Positions 35,664 through 46,515 of a stretch of 64,000 bases of DNA are shown in pieces (the stretch's first letter is position 1; the number at the start of each line of letters is the position of its first letter). A program made the position numbers and the translations under genes. The stretch is from positions 236,711 through 300,710 of the forward strand of contig JBGAKG010000005.1 of NCBI GenBank assembly GCA_044224495.1, given 5' to 3'. The notes below the pieces were generated by a model, which saw only the letters and a list, made by a program, of their open reading frames with translations, ran no database searches and was not told where the DNA came from. Source of the DNA: Polyangiaceae bacterium. Its GTDB lineage: Bacteria > Myxococcota_A > Polyangia > Polyangiales > Polyangiaceae.

Positions 35664-38495
35664 TCAGGCGAGCACTTTCTTCACACTCGGCCGCACCGTC
35701 TTCTTCCGATCGAAGATCCGAAGCCGCCGCACGAGCAAGTCGAGCAGGTACACCGCGATGGCCGCCCCGATGAACCACGACCACAGGTCCTGGTGGTAGG
35801 TGATGGTCTGCCCCGCCGGATCGAAGATCTCTTTGGGGAGCGGATCCATCTTGCCGCCCGTCACGAGCGCCGCCTGCGACAGCGTCTCCTTGTCCGGCGT
35901 GAACGCCAGGTACTCGCGCGGGTACGGGTTCGACACGTGACCGAAGCTCTCGGCGACAGTCGCGCTCTTGAAGCCGCCCTTCCCGTCCTCCACCGCTTTT
36001 TCCAGCGACGCGTGGAGGACGAACGAACCGTAGTGGTCCATCGGGAAGTCGACCTCGTAGCGGCCCGGCGCCGTCTGCTTCATCGAGATCTTCCGCGTCT
36101 CCCCCGCCACACCGTTGGTGCTCGCGGCCTTGATCTCGAGCTTCGCGTCGAGCCCGTTCTGGAACTTGTCGTCGCCGCCGATCGCGTCGATCGATGCCTT
36201 GAGGTGACCCGTCGCCGGGTCGATCTCGGCGCGCATGTCGTACTGCTGGCGCTTCTTCTGGCGCATGTGCTCGCGCACGAGCTGGCCCCAGAACTGCCCG
36301 TAGACGGGCCACTTGAGCCAATCCACCGCCCAGAGGTTCTTCACGTCGCTCGTCCACGCCAGCGACCAGCCGAGGCCGACGTGCCAGCGCGCGAGGATCG
36401 GCTCGCCGATCTCCGACTCCAGGATCTCCTGCGCGGGCGGCGGCTTCATCTTCGTCGCCACGTAGCCGTGCAGGTAGGGTGACGAGCCCATGTCGATGCC
36501 ACGGAGGAAGTCCGCGGGAGCGACGACGCGCGGCTGGAAGTACTCCTCGACCGCCGCGCTGCGGCTGACCATCTCGGTCTCGCGCGTGAACACGCGCGGG
36601 AGCTGGGTCGGGTCGAGCACCTTGTAGAAGCGCCCGCCGCCCAGGTCCGAGATCATGCGGAGCAGGTTCTCGTCGACGCCGCTCCCGAGGCCGACGGTGG
36701 AGACCGTGATGCCCTCCGAGACCATCGCCTGCGTGAGGTCGCGGATGGTGCCCTGCGGCGCCTGCCCGTCCGTGAGGAGGATGACGTGCTTCTTGCGCGC
36801 GCGCGTCACGGTGAGCGACTGGTACGCCGCGTCGAGCGCGGGCTGGATGTCCGTGCCGCCGCCGGGCTGAATGCGCGCGATGTCGCCCTGGATGCGCGCG
36901 CGGTACTTCGCGCTCGTCATCTTCACGACCTTCGTCGGGACGGAGTCGAACGCGATGACCTCGAGCAGGTCCTCGCCATCGAGCGTGTCGGCCGTCGCCT
37001 TGGCGGCGGCCTTCGCCATCTCGAGCGGTTGGCCCGACATCGAGCCGGAGCGGTCGATGACGAGATCCATCGCGACGCCGGGCTCGTCCTTGCGCTTCTC
37101 CGAGTCCATGCGGACCGGCAGGATCCGCTCGATGGTGGAGTTGTACCAACCACCGAGGCCGTAGCCGCTCTCGCCGCCGGCGAACAGGAATCCACCGCCG
37201 AGATCGCGAACGTAGGCTTCGACCGCGTCCTGCTGCGTGAGCGAGACAGCCTCGGCCGGGGCGTCGGACAGGATGACGAAGTCGTAGCGCTCGAGCTCGC
37301 GGATGCTCGACGGGAGCTCGCGCGGGCCGCGCACGTCGACCTCGAGCTCCTGCGCCGAGAGCGCGCTCGCGAGGTAGGTCGCGCGCGCCGGGTTGCCCTC
37401 GACGTAGAGGACGGCCGGCTTCCCGGGCACCGCCGCCGTGACCGCGTAGCGGTTGTTCTCGGGGAAGCGGTCCTCCTTGATGTCGGACAGGTCGAGCTCG
37501 TAGGTGACCTCGCCCGCGACGCGAACGACGCTCTTGAAGGTGACGTCGTTGTCGCCCGCGACGAGGTCGAGCGTGCGCACGCCGTCGAGGCCGTTGATGG
37601 CTTCGCCCTGCTTCAGCACGGCCTTCGCCTGCTGGGCGCGGCTCGAGAAGATGTTCGCGTGGATCTCGAACGGCTCGCCCACGCGGACCTTGTCGGGCAC
37701 GCGCAGCTCGCGGAGAGCGACCTCGCCCGGCACCGGCTTCTTGTAGGGCACCGTGTAGAGCTTCACGCCGAAGTCGTGCGCGCGGTTGGCCTCGGCGAGG
37801 AGGTCACCGTCGGTCTGGACGCCGTCGGAGTAGATGACCGCCCGGCGCAGGTAGCCGGCGGGGTACAGGCCGTACGCCAGCTGGAGCGCGGAGCCGATGT
37901 CGGTCGCCGCGTCCATGCCGCGCTTCTTCCCCGGCGGGAGCGGCTTCTGCGCCTCGTCCGCGGCGAGCACGTCGTGGCGCTTGAGCTCCGGCACCGTGCG
38001 CGTCGTGTCGTCCATCGGGACGACCTGCGGCCGCTGCGAGAACGTGATGACGCGGATCATCGCGTCCTGCGGCTTCTCGTCGAGCGCGTGTTGGATGTCG
38101 GCCCGAGCGTCCTCGATCGCGGCGTCGGGGACCGACTCCGAGACGTCGACGACGTAGACCGTACATATCTTCTGCGTCGTCGCCGTTCGCGCCAGGCGCG
38201 AGAGACCGAGCGCGACCAACGCGACGAAGACGACGCGGAGGAACACCGAGATCACGCGCTGCGGCCACGGCAGGTCCGCGAGCGAGCGCCCGATGACCCA
38301 GAGGAAGTAGGGCGCGAGCAGCGCGATGCCGAGCATGCGCGGCGCGAGCAGCTCGTAGTCCTTGTCGCCGTGCTTCCACGCGAGTGTGGGGCCCGCGTAC
38401 CAGACGTACTTGGTGTAGGCCCAGAGCCCAATCGCGCCGACCGTCAGGATCAGCGCGCCCCAAGCGATGCGTTTCCAGAGCTTCGTCTCGGGCAT
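35664..38495 (-). CDS. double vWA-domain membrane protein (Bat-like operon, large subunit)
   Basis: 943 aa; N-terminal TM helices, two vWA/MIDAS regions (DVSESV.., DRSGSMSG..), C-terminal TM. Confidence 0.75.
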   Translation of the reverse strand: MPETKLWKRIAWGALILTVGAIGLWAYTKYVWYAGPTLAWKHGDKDYELLAPRMLGIALLAPYFLWVIGRSLADLPWPQRVISVFLRVVFVALVALGLSRLARTATTQKICTVYVVDVSESVPDAAIEDARADIQHALDEKPQDAMIRVITFSQRPQVVPMDDTTRTVPELKRHDVLAADEAQKPLPPGKKRGMDAATDIGSALQLAYGLYPAGYLRRAVIYSDGVQTDGDLLAEANRAHDFGVKLYTVPYKKPVPGEVALRELRVPDKVRVGEPFEIHANIFSSRAQQAKAVLKQGEAINGLDGVRTLDLVAGDNDVTFKSVVRVAGEVTYELDLSDIKEDRFPENNRYAVTAAVPGKPAVLYVEGNPARATYLASALSAQELEVDVRGPRELPSSIRELERYDFVILSDAPAEAVSLTQQDAVEAYVRDLGGGFLFAGGESGYGLGGWYNSTIERILPVRMDSEKRKDEPGVAMDLVIDRSGSMSGQPLEMAKAAAKATADTLDGEDLLEVIAFDSVPTKVVKMTSAKYRARIQGDIARIQPGGGTDIQPALDAAYQSLTVTRARKKHVILLTDGQAPQGTIRDLTQAMVSEGITVSTVGLGSGVDENLLRMISDLGGGRFYKVLDPTQLPRVFTRETEMVSRSAAVEEYFQPRVVAPADFLRGIDMGSSPYLHGYVATKMKPPPAQEILESEIGEPILARWHVGLGWSLAWTSDVKNLWAVDWLKWPVYGQFWGQLVREHMRQKKRQQYDMRAEIDPATGHLKASIDAIGGDDKFQNGLDAKLEIKAASTNGVAGETRKISMKQTAPGRYEVDFPMDHYGSFVLHASLEKAVEDGKGGFKSATVAESFGHVSNPYPREYLAFTPDKETLSQAALVTGGKMDPLPKEIFDPAGQTITYHQDLWSWFIGAAIAVYLLDLLVRRLRIFDRKKTVRPSVKKVLA

Positions 38496-38498
38496 GGG

Positions 38499-40481
38499 CT
38501 AGACCGTGATCCTTCGGTGGTAGGTGGCCCACTCGACGACGGTGATGAGGATGACGGCGAGCAAGAGGTAGATCCAGACCTCCCGCCGCACGCCGACGTG
38601 GAAGCCTTCGACCGGCGTCGCGTCCTTGCCGTCCACGGTGAGCTTCTCCGCGGGAGCGATCGCGCTCTCGCCGTCGTCGAGGAGGTTCGCCGCGAAGCGG
38701 AGCGAGCTCCCGGCTTGGGTGAGCGCGGCGTCCCCCGTCGGCTCGCCCGGACTCGCACTGGCGACCGGTGCGGGCGGGGCTACCCCCTCGCTCGTCGGTG
38801 CGCCGGTCGGCAACGTCAGATCGTAGAAGCCCGCCCGCTGCCCGAGGAACACGGCGCGCCCTTCGTGCACGGGGATCGGCTGCTTCGCTCCGGCCGGCGT
38901 GGTGAGGGTCGCCGCGGTGGTCTGCGAGCCGACCGGGATGCGCCAAACGTCACCGGTGCGGAAGGACGAGATGTAGCTCGTGTCCTCGTCCGTGAACCAG
39001 TTGACGATGTTGAGGAGGAGCACCGGCCACGCGACGCGAAGCGGGAGGTCGCTGTCGCGGACGTCGAAGCCCATCGCGACGAACTTCTGCCCGTTGCGCA
39101 CGCCGCTCACGAGGAGCGGGCCGTCGAACGACGCGCCGATGACCTTGTCCTGCGGCTCGGGCTTCAGCTTGTGGCCGCTCCCGATGTTGACCTGGTCGAG
39201 CGCGGTGAAGCGCACGATCGGGTGCTTGCGCTCGATTTTGTCGAAGCCGGGCGACTCGATCGCGCCTTCGACCTTCACCGGCGACCCGGGGCCGCGCGGG
39301 TCGAGGTACAGCGCCGCCGCTTTGGGCATCTGCGCCGGCGTGACCTGATCGAAGATGACGACGTCGAACTTCACCTGGCCCGCGGCGTACTTGTTCGCGT
39401 AGTCCGCCGGCGTCGCGTTGACGACATCGAGGTACTCGTCGAGCAGGAGCGCCGCATCGAGGTAGTTGTTCCCGAGCGAGACGACGAGCACCTTCGCGCG
39501 GCGCCGCTCGGGCAGGAGCGCGTAGGCGTGGTCGTCGGCGGGGAGATCGTCTTTCGTGTCGCCGATCGGACCGAGCTTCGCCTCGAGCGTCCGGCTCGCG
39601 CCGGAGAGGTTCGGGTAGAAGCGCGGGAGCTTCTCGCCCGGCTGCAAGCGGAGCTTCGTCAGATCGACGAGCATCCCGTCGCCGAGGAGCGAGAGCTCGA
39701 TGTCGGCGACCTCGGTCCCGGTGTTGGTGACCTCGAGCATCACCTCGTAGCGGCTCTTGTCGAGCGGGTACCTTCGGACCGAGAACTGCGTGATCGCGAC
39801 GTTGTCCTTCGCCTTGCCGATTGGCAGGTACGAGAGCTTCGCGTCGCCGAGGTGCACGGCGCCGGCCGCGTCGGTCGCTTCGCCGAGATCGCCGTCGGAC
39901 ACGACGACGATCTCGCCGTTGTCGACGTTCTTGAGCGTGTCGGTCGCGAAGCGCAGCGCGCGCGGGAAGTCGGCGCGGGCGTCGGTCGGCTGCACGGAGT
40001 CCACCGCGCGCTCGAGCTCCGACGTGTCCCCGCTCATCGGTCCGAGCGGCGTGATCGCGGCGTCCATCTGGGCGACGAGCATGCGGTCCGCACCGCCCAT
40101 GCCGCGGATGAGCGCCTTGACCTCGTCCTTCGCGTGATCGAGGCGGGTCGGCGTGACGTCGGTCGCCTGCATCGAGGCGCTCGCGTCGATGATCACGACG
40201 ACGTTGCGGCCCTTGATCAGGGTGGCGGCAGCGCGCGGATCCCCGAGCGCGAGGCAGAGCAGCGCGAGGAGCGCGAGCTGGAGAAGCAAGGAGAGGAGGC
40301 GCTTGAGCTTCGAGAAGAGGCTCGTCGCCTCTTTGTCGCGGAGGATCTTCTGCCAGAGCGGCGAGAACGGCACCGCGACGACGCGACGCCGGAGCTTCAG
40401 GATGTAGAGCCCGATCATCGCGGCGCCGATGACGCCGAAGATGCCCGCGAGCTGCGCGAACGAGAGGCCGGCGAGGATCAA
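38499..40481 (-). CDS. BatA-like vWA domain membrane protein
   Basis: 660 aa; N-terminal TM pair, vWA MIDAS 'DASASM', C-terminal TM anchor. Confidence 0.75.
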   Translation of the reverse strand: MILAGLSFAQLAGIFGVIGAAMIGLYILKLRRRVVAVPFSPLWQKILRDKEATSLFSKLKRLLSLLLQLALLALLCLALGDPRAAATLIKGRNVVVIIDASASMQATDVTPTRLDHAKDEVKALIRGMGGADRMLVAQMDAAITPLGPMSGDTSELERAVDSVQPTDARADFPRALRFATDTLKNVDNGEIVVVSDGDLGEATDAAGAVHLGDAKLSYLPIGKAKDNVAITQFSVRRYPLDKSRYEVMLEVTNTGTEVADIELSLLGDGMLVDLTKLRLQPGEKLPRFYPNLSGASRTLEAKLGPIGDTKDDLPADDHAYALLPERRRAKVLVVSLGNNYLDAALLLDEYLDVVNATPADYANKYAAGQVKFDVVIFDQVTPAQMPKAAALYLDPRGPGSPVKVEGAIESPGFDKIERKHPIVRFTALDQVNIGSGHKLKPEPQDKVIGASFDGPLLVSGVRNGQKFVAMGFDVRDSDLPLRVAWPVLLLNIVNWFTDEDTSYISSFRTGDVWRIPVGSQTTAATLTTPAGAKQPIPVHEGRAVFLGQRAGFYDLTLPTGAPTSEGVAPPAPVASASPGEPTGDAALTQAGSSLRFAANLLDDGESAIAPAEKLTVDGKDATPVEGFHVGVRREVWIYLLLAVILITVVEWATYHRRITV

Positions 40482-41399
40482 CGGAGGAACCCTCCGCGGC
40501 GGAAGACGCGCAGGATGAGCTCGTCGAAGGGCACCGTCACGTCGGCCTGGATGTACGGCACCATGCGCGACGTGCAGAACTTCTCCACGTCCTTCAAGTA
40601 GGTCCCGTAGACCTCTTCGAAGCGCTCGAGCACCTTCGCCGTGATCGTGACCTCGCGCTCGTCACCCGTCTCGCAGTCGTAGAGCAGGATGTCGCCGGCG
40701 AGCTTGGGCTTCGCCTCGCGCTTGTCGGTGACGTGGATCACGAAGGGGTCGAACTTGTTGTAGCGGAGGACGTTGATGCCCTTCTCGAAGCCCTTCGGAT
40801 CGTAGAGATCGCTGATGAGCACGACCATGCCGCGGCGCTTGTGGCGCGCGACGAAGGACTTGAGCGCGTCCTCGAGATCGGTGATGCCCTGCGGCTCCAC
40901 CGTGCGGAGGAACCGGAACACCTTGAAGATGCGCGCCTTGCCGCGCGTCTCCGGCATGCGCCCCATCATCTGATCGCTGGTGGAGACGATGCAGACGCGA
41001 TCGAGGTTCGCGAGGCCCACGTAGCCGAGCGCAGCCGCGAGGCGCTTCGCGTGACGGAGCTTCTCCCCGTCGCCGAAGGCCATCGAGCCCGACGCGTCGA
41101 CGACGAAGTAGATGGCGAGGTCCTCTTCTTCCTCGAACAGGCGAAGCAGGAGGCGACCGAACTTCTGGTAGACGTTCCAGTCGAGGTAACGGAAGTCGTC
41201 GCCCGGCTGGTAGTCGCGGTGGTCGGCGAACTCGATGCCGCTACCGGTCTTCTTCGTGCGGCGCTCCGCGCGCATGCGCCCGGCGAAGACCTTGCGACTG
41301 ACCATCGCGAGGTAGTCGAGCTTGCGCTGGAAGTCGTCGTCGAAGAGGTCGTCGCTTTCCTTCGCTACGGCGCTCTTCTTCGCGCCTCCGGTTAGGAAA

Positions 41400-41422
<23 letters not shown>
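40478..41422 (-). CDS. DUF58 domain protein (MoxR partner)
   Basis: 314 aa; DUF58 signature region 'IEFADHRDYQPGDDFRYLDW', vWA-like 'VVDASGSM'; ORF start overlaps MoxR stop by 23 nt so real start may be internal. Confidence 0.8.
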
Positions 41423-42464
<1,042 letters not shown>

Positions 42465-42501
42465 CGTCTCCTCGCTTCGTTGTTCTCTGGACTCGTCTCG
42501 G

Positions 42502-44763
42502 TCACTGCTGGTCGCGCGGGCGAATCAGCTGGAAGTACCGCTTCACGTAGAAACGATACCCGCCGGGGATCTCGTCCTTGTTGAGCGCTTCTTCCGCGAC
42601 CGTGTGGTACTCGCGATAAACGTTCTGGTAGCCGCGCGACGCGAAGCCGCGCTCGGCCGCACCCTGGATCACCTGGCTACGACTGCCGCCTTGGCCCGTG
42701 TCCTGGCCGGCGATCTGCGTGTCCTGCGTGCCGTACTTGATGCCGGACTGCTGGCCCTTCGGATCGCCGCCGGAGCCGGTGCCCCAGCCCGGACCTTGCT
42801 GGCCGCCTTGGCCGCCCTGTCCGCCTTGGCCGCCCTGTCCGCCTTGGCCCTGTCCGCCTTGGCCCTGGCCCTTCGTGATGACGAGGATCTTCTCGCCGTT
42901 GGGGCCCATGACCCAAACCTCGCCGGGCCCGGGCCCAGGCTGCTGCCCACCAGCGCCGCCCATGCCCCCTTGCCCTTGCCCTTGCCCTTGCCCTTGCCCT
43001 TGCCCTTGTCCTTGCCCTTGCCCCTGCCCGTTCTGCCCCTGCTGGCCCTGACCCTGGCCCTGGCCCTGCTGGCCCTGCCCGTTCTGGCCCTGACCCTGGC
43101 CCTGCTGCCCTTGGCCCTGCTGCCCCTGACCCTGCTGACCCTGACCCTGCTGACCCTGGCCCTGGCCCTGCTGACCTTGACCCTGCTGCCCTTGGCCCTG
43201 CTGGCCCTGACCCTGCTGCCCTTGGCCCTGCTGACCCTGGCCCTGCTGCCCTTGGCCCTGCTGCCCGCCTTGGCCGTGCGCCTGCTGCTGGAACCGCTGG
43301 AGCCGGGCCATCTGCTGCTGGCCGCCCTGACCTTGCTGGCGGAGCATCTCGCGCAGCTCGTCGAGCTTCTGCTTCAGCTCTTCTTTCTCCTGCTGCGTCA
43401 TCTCCTGCTGCTGCATCTGGTGCAGGTCCTGAGCACCGTTCTCCAGATCCTGCGCGGAGAGCCCGAGATCCTTCATCAGGTCCTCGGCCGCTTTCTGGAG
43501 ATCCTGATCGAGCTTGTCGAGCTGGCGCTGCGTCGCGTCCGCTTGCTGGAGCTCGTGCTCGAGCCGATCGAGCTCGCGCTCCTTCTTCTCGAGCAGGCTG
43601 CGCTCTTCGTCGGTCTGGGGACCGGCGTCGCCCTGCTTCTGCTTCAACAGCGAGAGGTCCTGCTTCGCCTGATCGCGCGCCTTCTCGACCGCTTCCTTGT
43701 GGGCGGCCGCGTCCTGCGAAGCCTGCTTCAGCGCTTCGCGGAGCTTCTCGAGCTGCGCCTTGTCGATCTGGCCGCCGTTCTGACGGAGCTTCTGCGCGAG
43801 GTCGCGGAGGTTCTTCTCGGCGTCGGTCAGGTTGTGCTGACTCATCGAGTCGCCGGCCGGCCGTGACATGTCGCTCTTCTTGAGCGCGTCACCCATCTTC
43901 TCGAGCTGCTCGTCGAGCTGCTTGTGATCGACGTCGCGACCCTGCTGGAGCTTCTCCTCGAGCGCTTGCATGCGCCGGAACGCTTCGGTGCGATCCAAGC
44001 GCTTCGCGGCGAGGTCCTCGATGAGCTGGTTGAACTCGCGCGTCGCTTCCTTCGCGTCGTCGCTCTGGTTCTTCTGCTCTTGCTGCTTGAGGAAGTCGCG
44101 CATCGCATCGAGGTCGTCCGCGGTGACGTCGACCGGATCGATCGTCTTCTGCGAGATGGCGGGCTTGTGCTCGCGGACCTCGAACAGCGCGACCGCGGTC
44201 ACGGCGAGACCGAGCACGGCCGCCATCGCGAGATCGCGCGGCGCCTTGACGGGGACGGCCTTGCGCGGCTCGACGGTGTGCACGACGGCGAGCGCGTCGT
44301 CGATCGCAGCGTCCATGAAGGCGCTGCGCTCTTTCTCCTCCGAGAACGTGAGCGCGCTCGACAGGCGATCGTGGAGACCGTGGTGGCGGTCGAGGGTGAT
44401 CGCGCCCGCGCGCTGCGGGAGGCGACGCATCCAGCCGGCCGACGCGATCGCGAGGACCGCGGCGCCCTCGGCCACGAGCAGCGCCTTGGTCGCCTTGTCG
44501 CCGAGGTGATCGGTCTTGCGGAGCGCGAGCGTGATGCCCGCCGCGCCGAGGCCCACGCACAGCGCGGTGGTCCCCCATGCGAGCGCGCGAACGAAGCGCA
44601 TGCGGCGCTCGGTCCGCCCGGCCGCGTTCGCGATCGCCTCGATCGTCCCGCGCTTGCGCGGCGGGGGCTCGGCAGGAGCCGCCTGGGCCGGAGGCGGCTC
44701 CGGCGCTTGCGTCGTCTCGTTTTGGGCGGTGTCGGACTTCGGGTCGTCGTGCGCGTCGCTCAT
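42502..44763 (-). CDS. membrane-anchored coiled-coil protein with ~200-aa Gly/Gln low-complexity (GQ)n domain, hypothetical
   Basis: 753 aa; 3 N-terminal TM segments, ~250-aa E/K/Q/L-rich coiled coil, then (GQ/GQQ)n tract, short folded C-terminus (..GYRFYVKRYFQLIRP); GC3-rich, first gene of the MoxR/vWA operon. Confidence 0.65.
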   Translation of the reverse strand: MSDAHDDPKSDTAQNETTQAPEPPPAQAAPAEPPPRKRGTIEAIANAAGRTERRMRFVRALAWGTTALCVGLGAAGITLALRKTDHLGDKATKALLVAEGAAVLAIASAGWMRRLPQRAGAITLDRHHGLHDRLSSALTFSEEKERSAFMDAAIDDALAVVHTVEPRKAVPVKAPRDLAMAAVLGLAVTAVALFEVREHKPAISQKTIDPVDVTADDLDAMRDFLKQQEQKNQSDDAKEATREFNQLIEDLAAKRLDRTEAFRRMQALEEKLQQGRDVDHKQLDEQLEKMGDALKKSDMSRPAGDSMSQHNLTDAEKNLRDLAQKLRQNGGQIDKAQLEKLREALKQASQDAAAHKEAVEKARDQAKQDLSLLKQKQGDAGPQTDEERSLLEKKERELDRLEHELQQADATQRQLDKLDQDLQKAAEDLMKDLGLSAQDLENGAQDLHQMQQQEMTQQEKEELKQKLDELREMLRQQGQGGQQQMARLQRFQQQAHGQGGQQGQGQQGQGQQGQGQQGQGQQGQGQQGQGQQGQGQGQQGQGQQGQGQQGQGQQGQGQGQNGQGQQGQGQGQGQQGQNGQGQGQGQGQGQGQGQGQGQGGMGGAGGQQPGPGPGEVWVMGPNGEKILVITKGQGQGGQGQGGQGGQGGQGGQGGQQGPGWGTGSGGDPKGQQSGIKYGTQDTQIAGQDTGQGGSRSQVIQGAAERGFASRGYQNVYREYHTVAEEALNKDEIPGGYRFYVKRYFQLIRPRDQQ
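42790..43290. repeat. in-frame tandem repeat tract: (CCCTTG)n hexanucleotide run (~42967-43025) plus degenerate 15-nt CTGCTGCCCTTGGCC-type repeats, encoding (GQ)n
   Basis: Directly visible microsatellite-like periodicity on the plus strand; all units multiples of 3. Confidence 0.8.
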
Positions 44764-44843
44764 GTGGCTTCCAATGACTTGTGACGTGTGGCCGAGCCCA
44801 AAGTTCCTAGCTTCTCCGAAAGCATAGACGCGAGGAGAGCGCG

Positions 44844-45569
44844 GTGAAAGCGGTGGTGCAACGCAGGCCGGCCGAAGGAGATTCCGGAGATTCCACGCGT
44901 GGTACGCTGCCGCGCGTGAGCGTCACCTCGAAGCTGCCGGACCCGCCCCCCATCGTGCTGCAGCAGACGCGGGAGGACTCGGCTCCCGCCCCGCGCGGCG
45001 GCTTCTTGGAGCTCCGCCGCGTCGAGTTGGTGGCTCATTATCCGGATGGAACGCAGAGCGCACCGTTCCCTTACGACATGATTCAGCGGCGCGCCTTGGA
45101 TGCCGCGATCGTGGTTGCGCACTTCGTGGGTGAAGGTGGGCGCAACGTCATCCTGCGCTCGTGCGTCCGCCCCGCGGTGGCAGCCCGTCCCACCGATCCC
45201 AAGCACGACGCCCTGCTCTGGGAGCTCCCCGCCGGGCTCATCGAGCCGGGCGAGGCGCCCCGCGCGGCCGCGGCGCGCGAGCTCTACGAGGAGATCGGCG
45301 CGAAGGTGACCCCCGAGGCGCTCCACGATCTCGGGCCGTGGATGTTCCCGGTTCCGGCGATGATCGCCGAGGTCCACGCCTATTTTCATGTGGAGATCGA
45401 TCCGCGGGAGCTGCACGTGCCTCCGGGAGATGCCTCCCCACTGGAGTACGGCGCCGCGCTCGTCACCCTTCCCCTGCGCGATGCGCTCGCCTACTGCCAG
45501 GCGGGTCGAATCCGAGACCTCAAGACGGAGCTCGGTCTTCGTCGCCTGCGCGACGCCGTGGGCGAGTGA
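44844..45569 (+). CDS. NUDIX hydrolase
   Basis: 241 aa; Nudix box 'GLIEPGEAPRAAAARELYEEIG'. Confidence 0.75.
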   Translation: MKAVVQRRPAEGDSGDSTRGTLPRVSVTSKLPDPPPIVLQQTREDSAPAPRGGFLELRRVELVAHYPDGTQSAPFPYDMIQRRALDAAIVVAHFVGEGGRNVILRSCVRPAVAARPTDPKHDALLWELPAGLIEPGEAPRAAAARELYEEIGAKVTPEALHDLGPWMFPVPAMIAEVHAYFHVEIDPRELHVPPGDASPLEYGAALVTLPLRDALAYCQAGRIRDLKTELGLRRLRDAVGE

Positions 45570-45571
45570 GC

Positions 45572-46450
45572 ATGCGCGTCGTCGTCGTCCTCAAGCGGAC
45601 CGCGTTCCGCGCATACGGCGCGAACGACGCTCGTGTCCGCGCGCTTCTCCGCCGCGGCGACCGCAGCGTCGCGCGCCTGCGCGAGGCACACGAGGCGCAC
45701 GAGTCCACCGTGCGCGAGATCGAGCGCGCGCTCCGCACGCTCCGGATCGACGCCGAGTTCCTCGAGGACGTGACGCCGCTCGGGCGCGCCGTCGGCTCCG
45801 CGGACGCGGCGATCACGGTCGGTGGTGACGGCACCCTTCTCCTCGCGTCGCACCGGATCGGGCCGTCCACGCCCGTCCTCGGGATCAACAGCGCCCCGCA
45901 CGACTCGGTCGGGTTCTTCTGCGGTGCGAAGAAGGGGCACGTGATGGCGTCGCTCCGCGCGCTCGCGAGCGGCCGCCTCTCGCGCATCACGCTCACGCGC
46001 ATGGCGGTGAGCATCGGCGAGCACGTCGTCCATCAGCGCGTCTTGAACGATGCGCTCTTCTGTCATGCGTCGCCGGCGGCGACCTCGCGCTACGTCCTCG
46101 ACGTCCGGGACGCAGGCCGGCGCCGCTCCGAAGAGCAGCGCTCGAGCGGCATCTGGATCGGGCCCGCCGCCGGGTCGACGGCGGCGCAGCGGAGCGCGGG
46201 GGGCAAGGTGCTCCCGCTCGCGTCGAAGAAGCTCCAGTTCGTCGTGCGCGAGCCCTACTCGGCGCGCGGGCGCGCGATCGCCATCGCCCGCGGGACGGTG
46301 TCGCCGCGGGGCGAGGTGCGCGTGCTCTCGAAGATGCAGACGGCGAAGCTGTTCCTCGATGGCGAGCACGCCGCGTTCGACTGCGGGCTCGGGGACGTGG
46401 TGTGCTTCACGGCGTCCCCCGAACCGTTGACCGTCCTCGGCTTGCGCTGA
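45572..46450 (+). CDS. nadK: NAD(+) kinase
   Basis: 292 aa from ATG 45572 (3 nt after NUDIX stop); 'GGDGT' motif, 'NDALF' region; upstream part of ORF 45161-46450 is Arg-rich artefact. Confidence 0.8.
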   Translation: MRVVVVLKRTAFRAYGANDARVRALLRRGDRSVARLREAHEAHESTVREIERALRTLRIDAEFLEDVTPLGRAVGSADAAITVGGDGTLLLASHRIGPSTPVLGINSAPHDSVGFFCGAKKGHVMASLRALASGRLSRITLTRMAVSIGEHVVHQRVLNDALFCHASPAATSRYVLDVRDAGRRRSEEQRSSGIWIGPAAGSTAAQRSAGGKVLPLASKKLQFVVREPYSARGRAIAIARGTVSPRGEVRVLSKMQTAKLFLDGEHAAFDCGLGDVVCFTASPEPLTVLGLR

Positions 46451-46515
46451 CCACCCCTTCGGATTGTTTGCGCGCCGGCGCCGCCGTCGATACGTTGGAG
46501 TGAGGGCGCGAATCG

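Noticed and set aside
36786-40601. 1271-aa + strand ORF antisense to the vWA genes
   Set aside because: It is a long antisense ORF opposite two vWA genes with clear domains, and its translation is Arg/Asp/Glu-rich and repetitive. This is a high-GC artefact.
42790-43290. Tandem repeats considered as possible CRISPR array or VNTR outside genes
   Set aside because: The repeats are contiguous with no unique spacers. They are entirely in-frame inside a GC3-rich ORF encoding (GQ)n, and no cas genes are present, so this is a coding microsatellite and not CRISPR.
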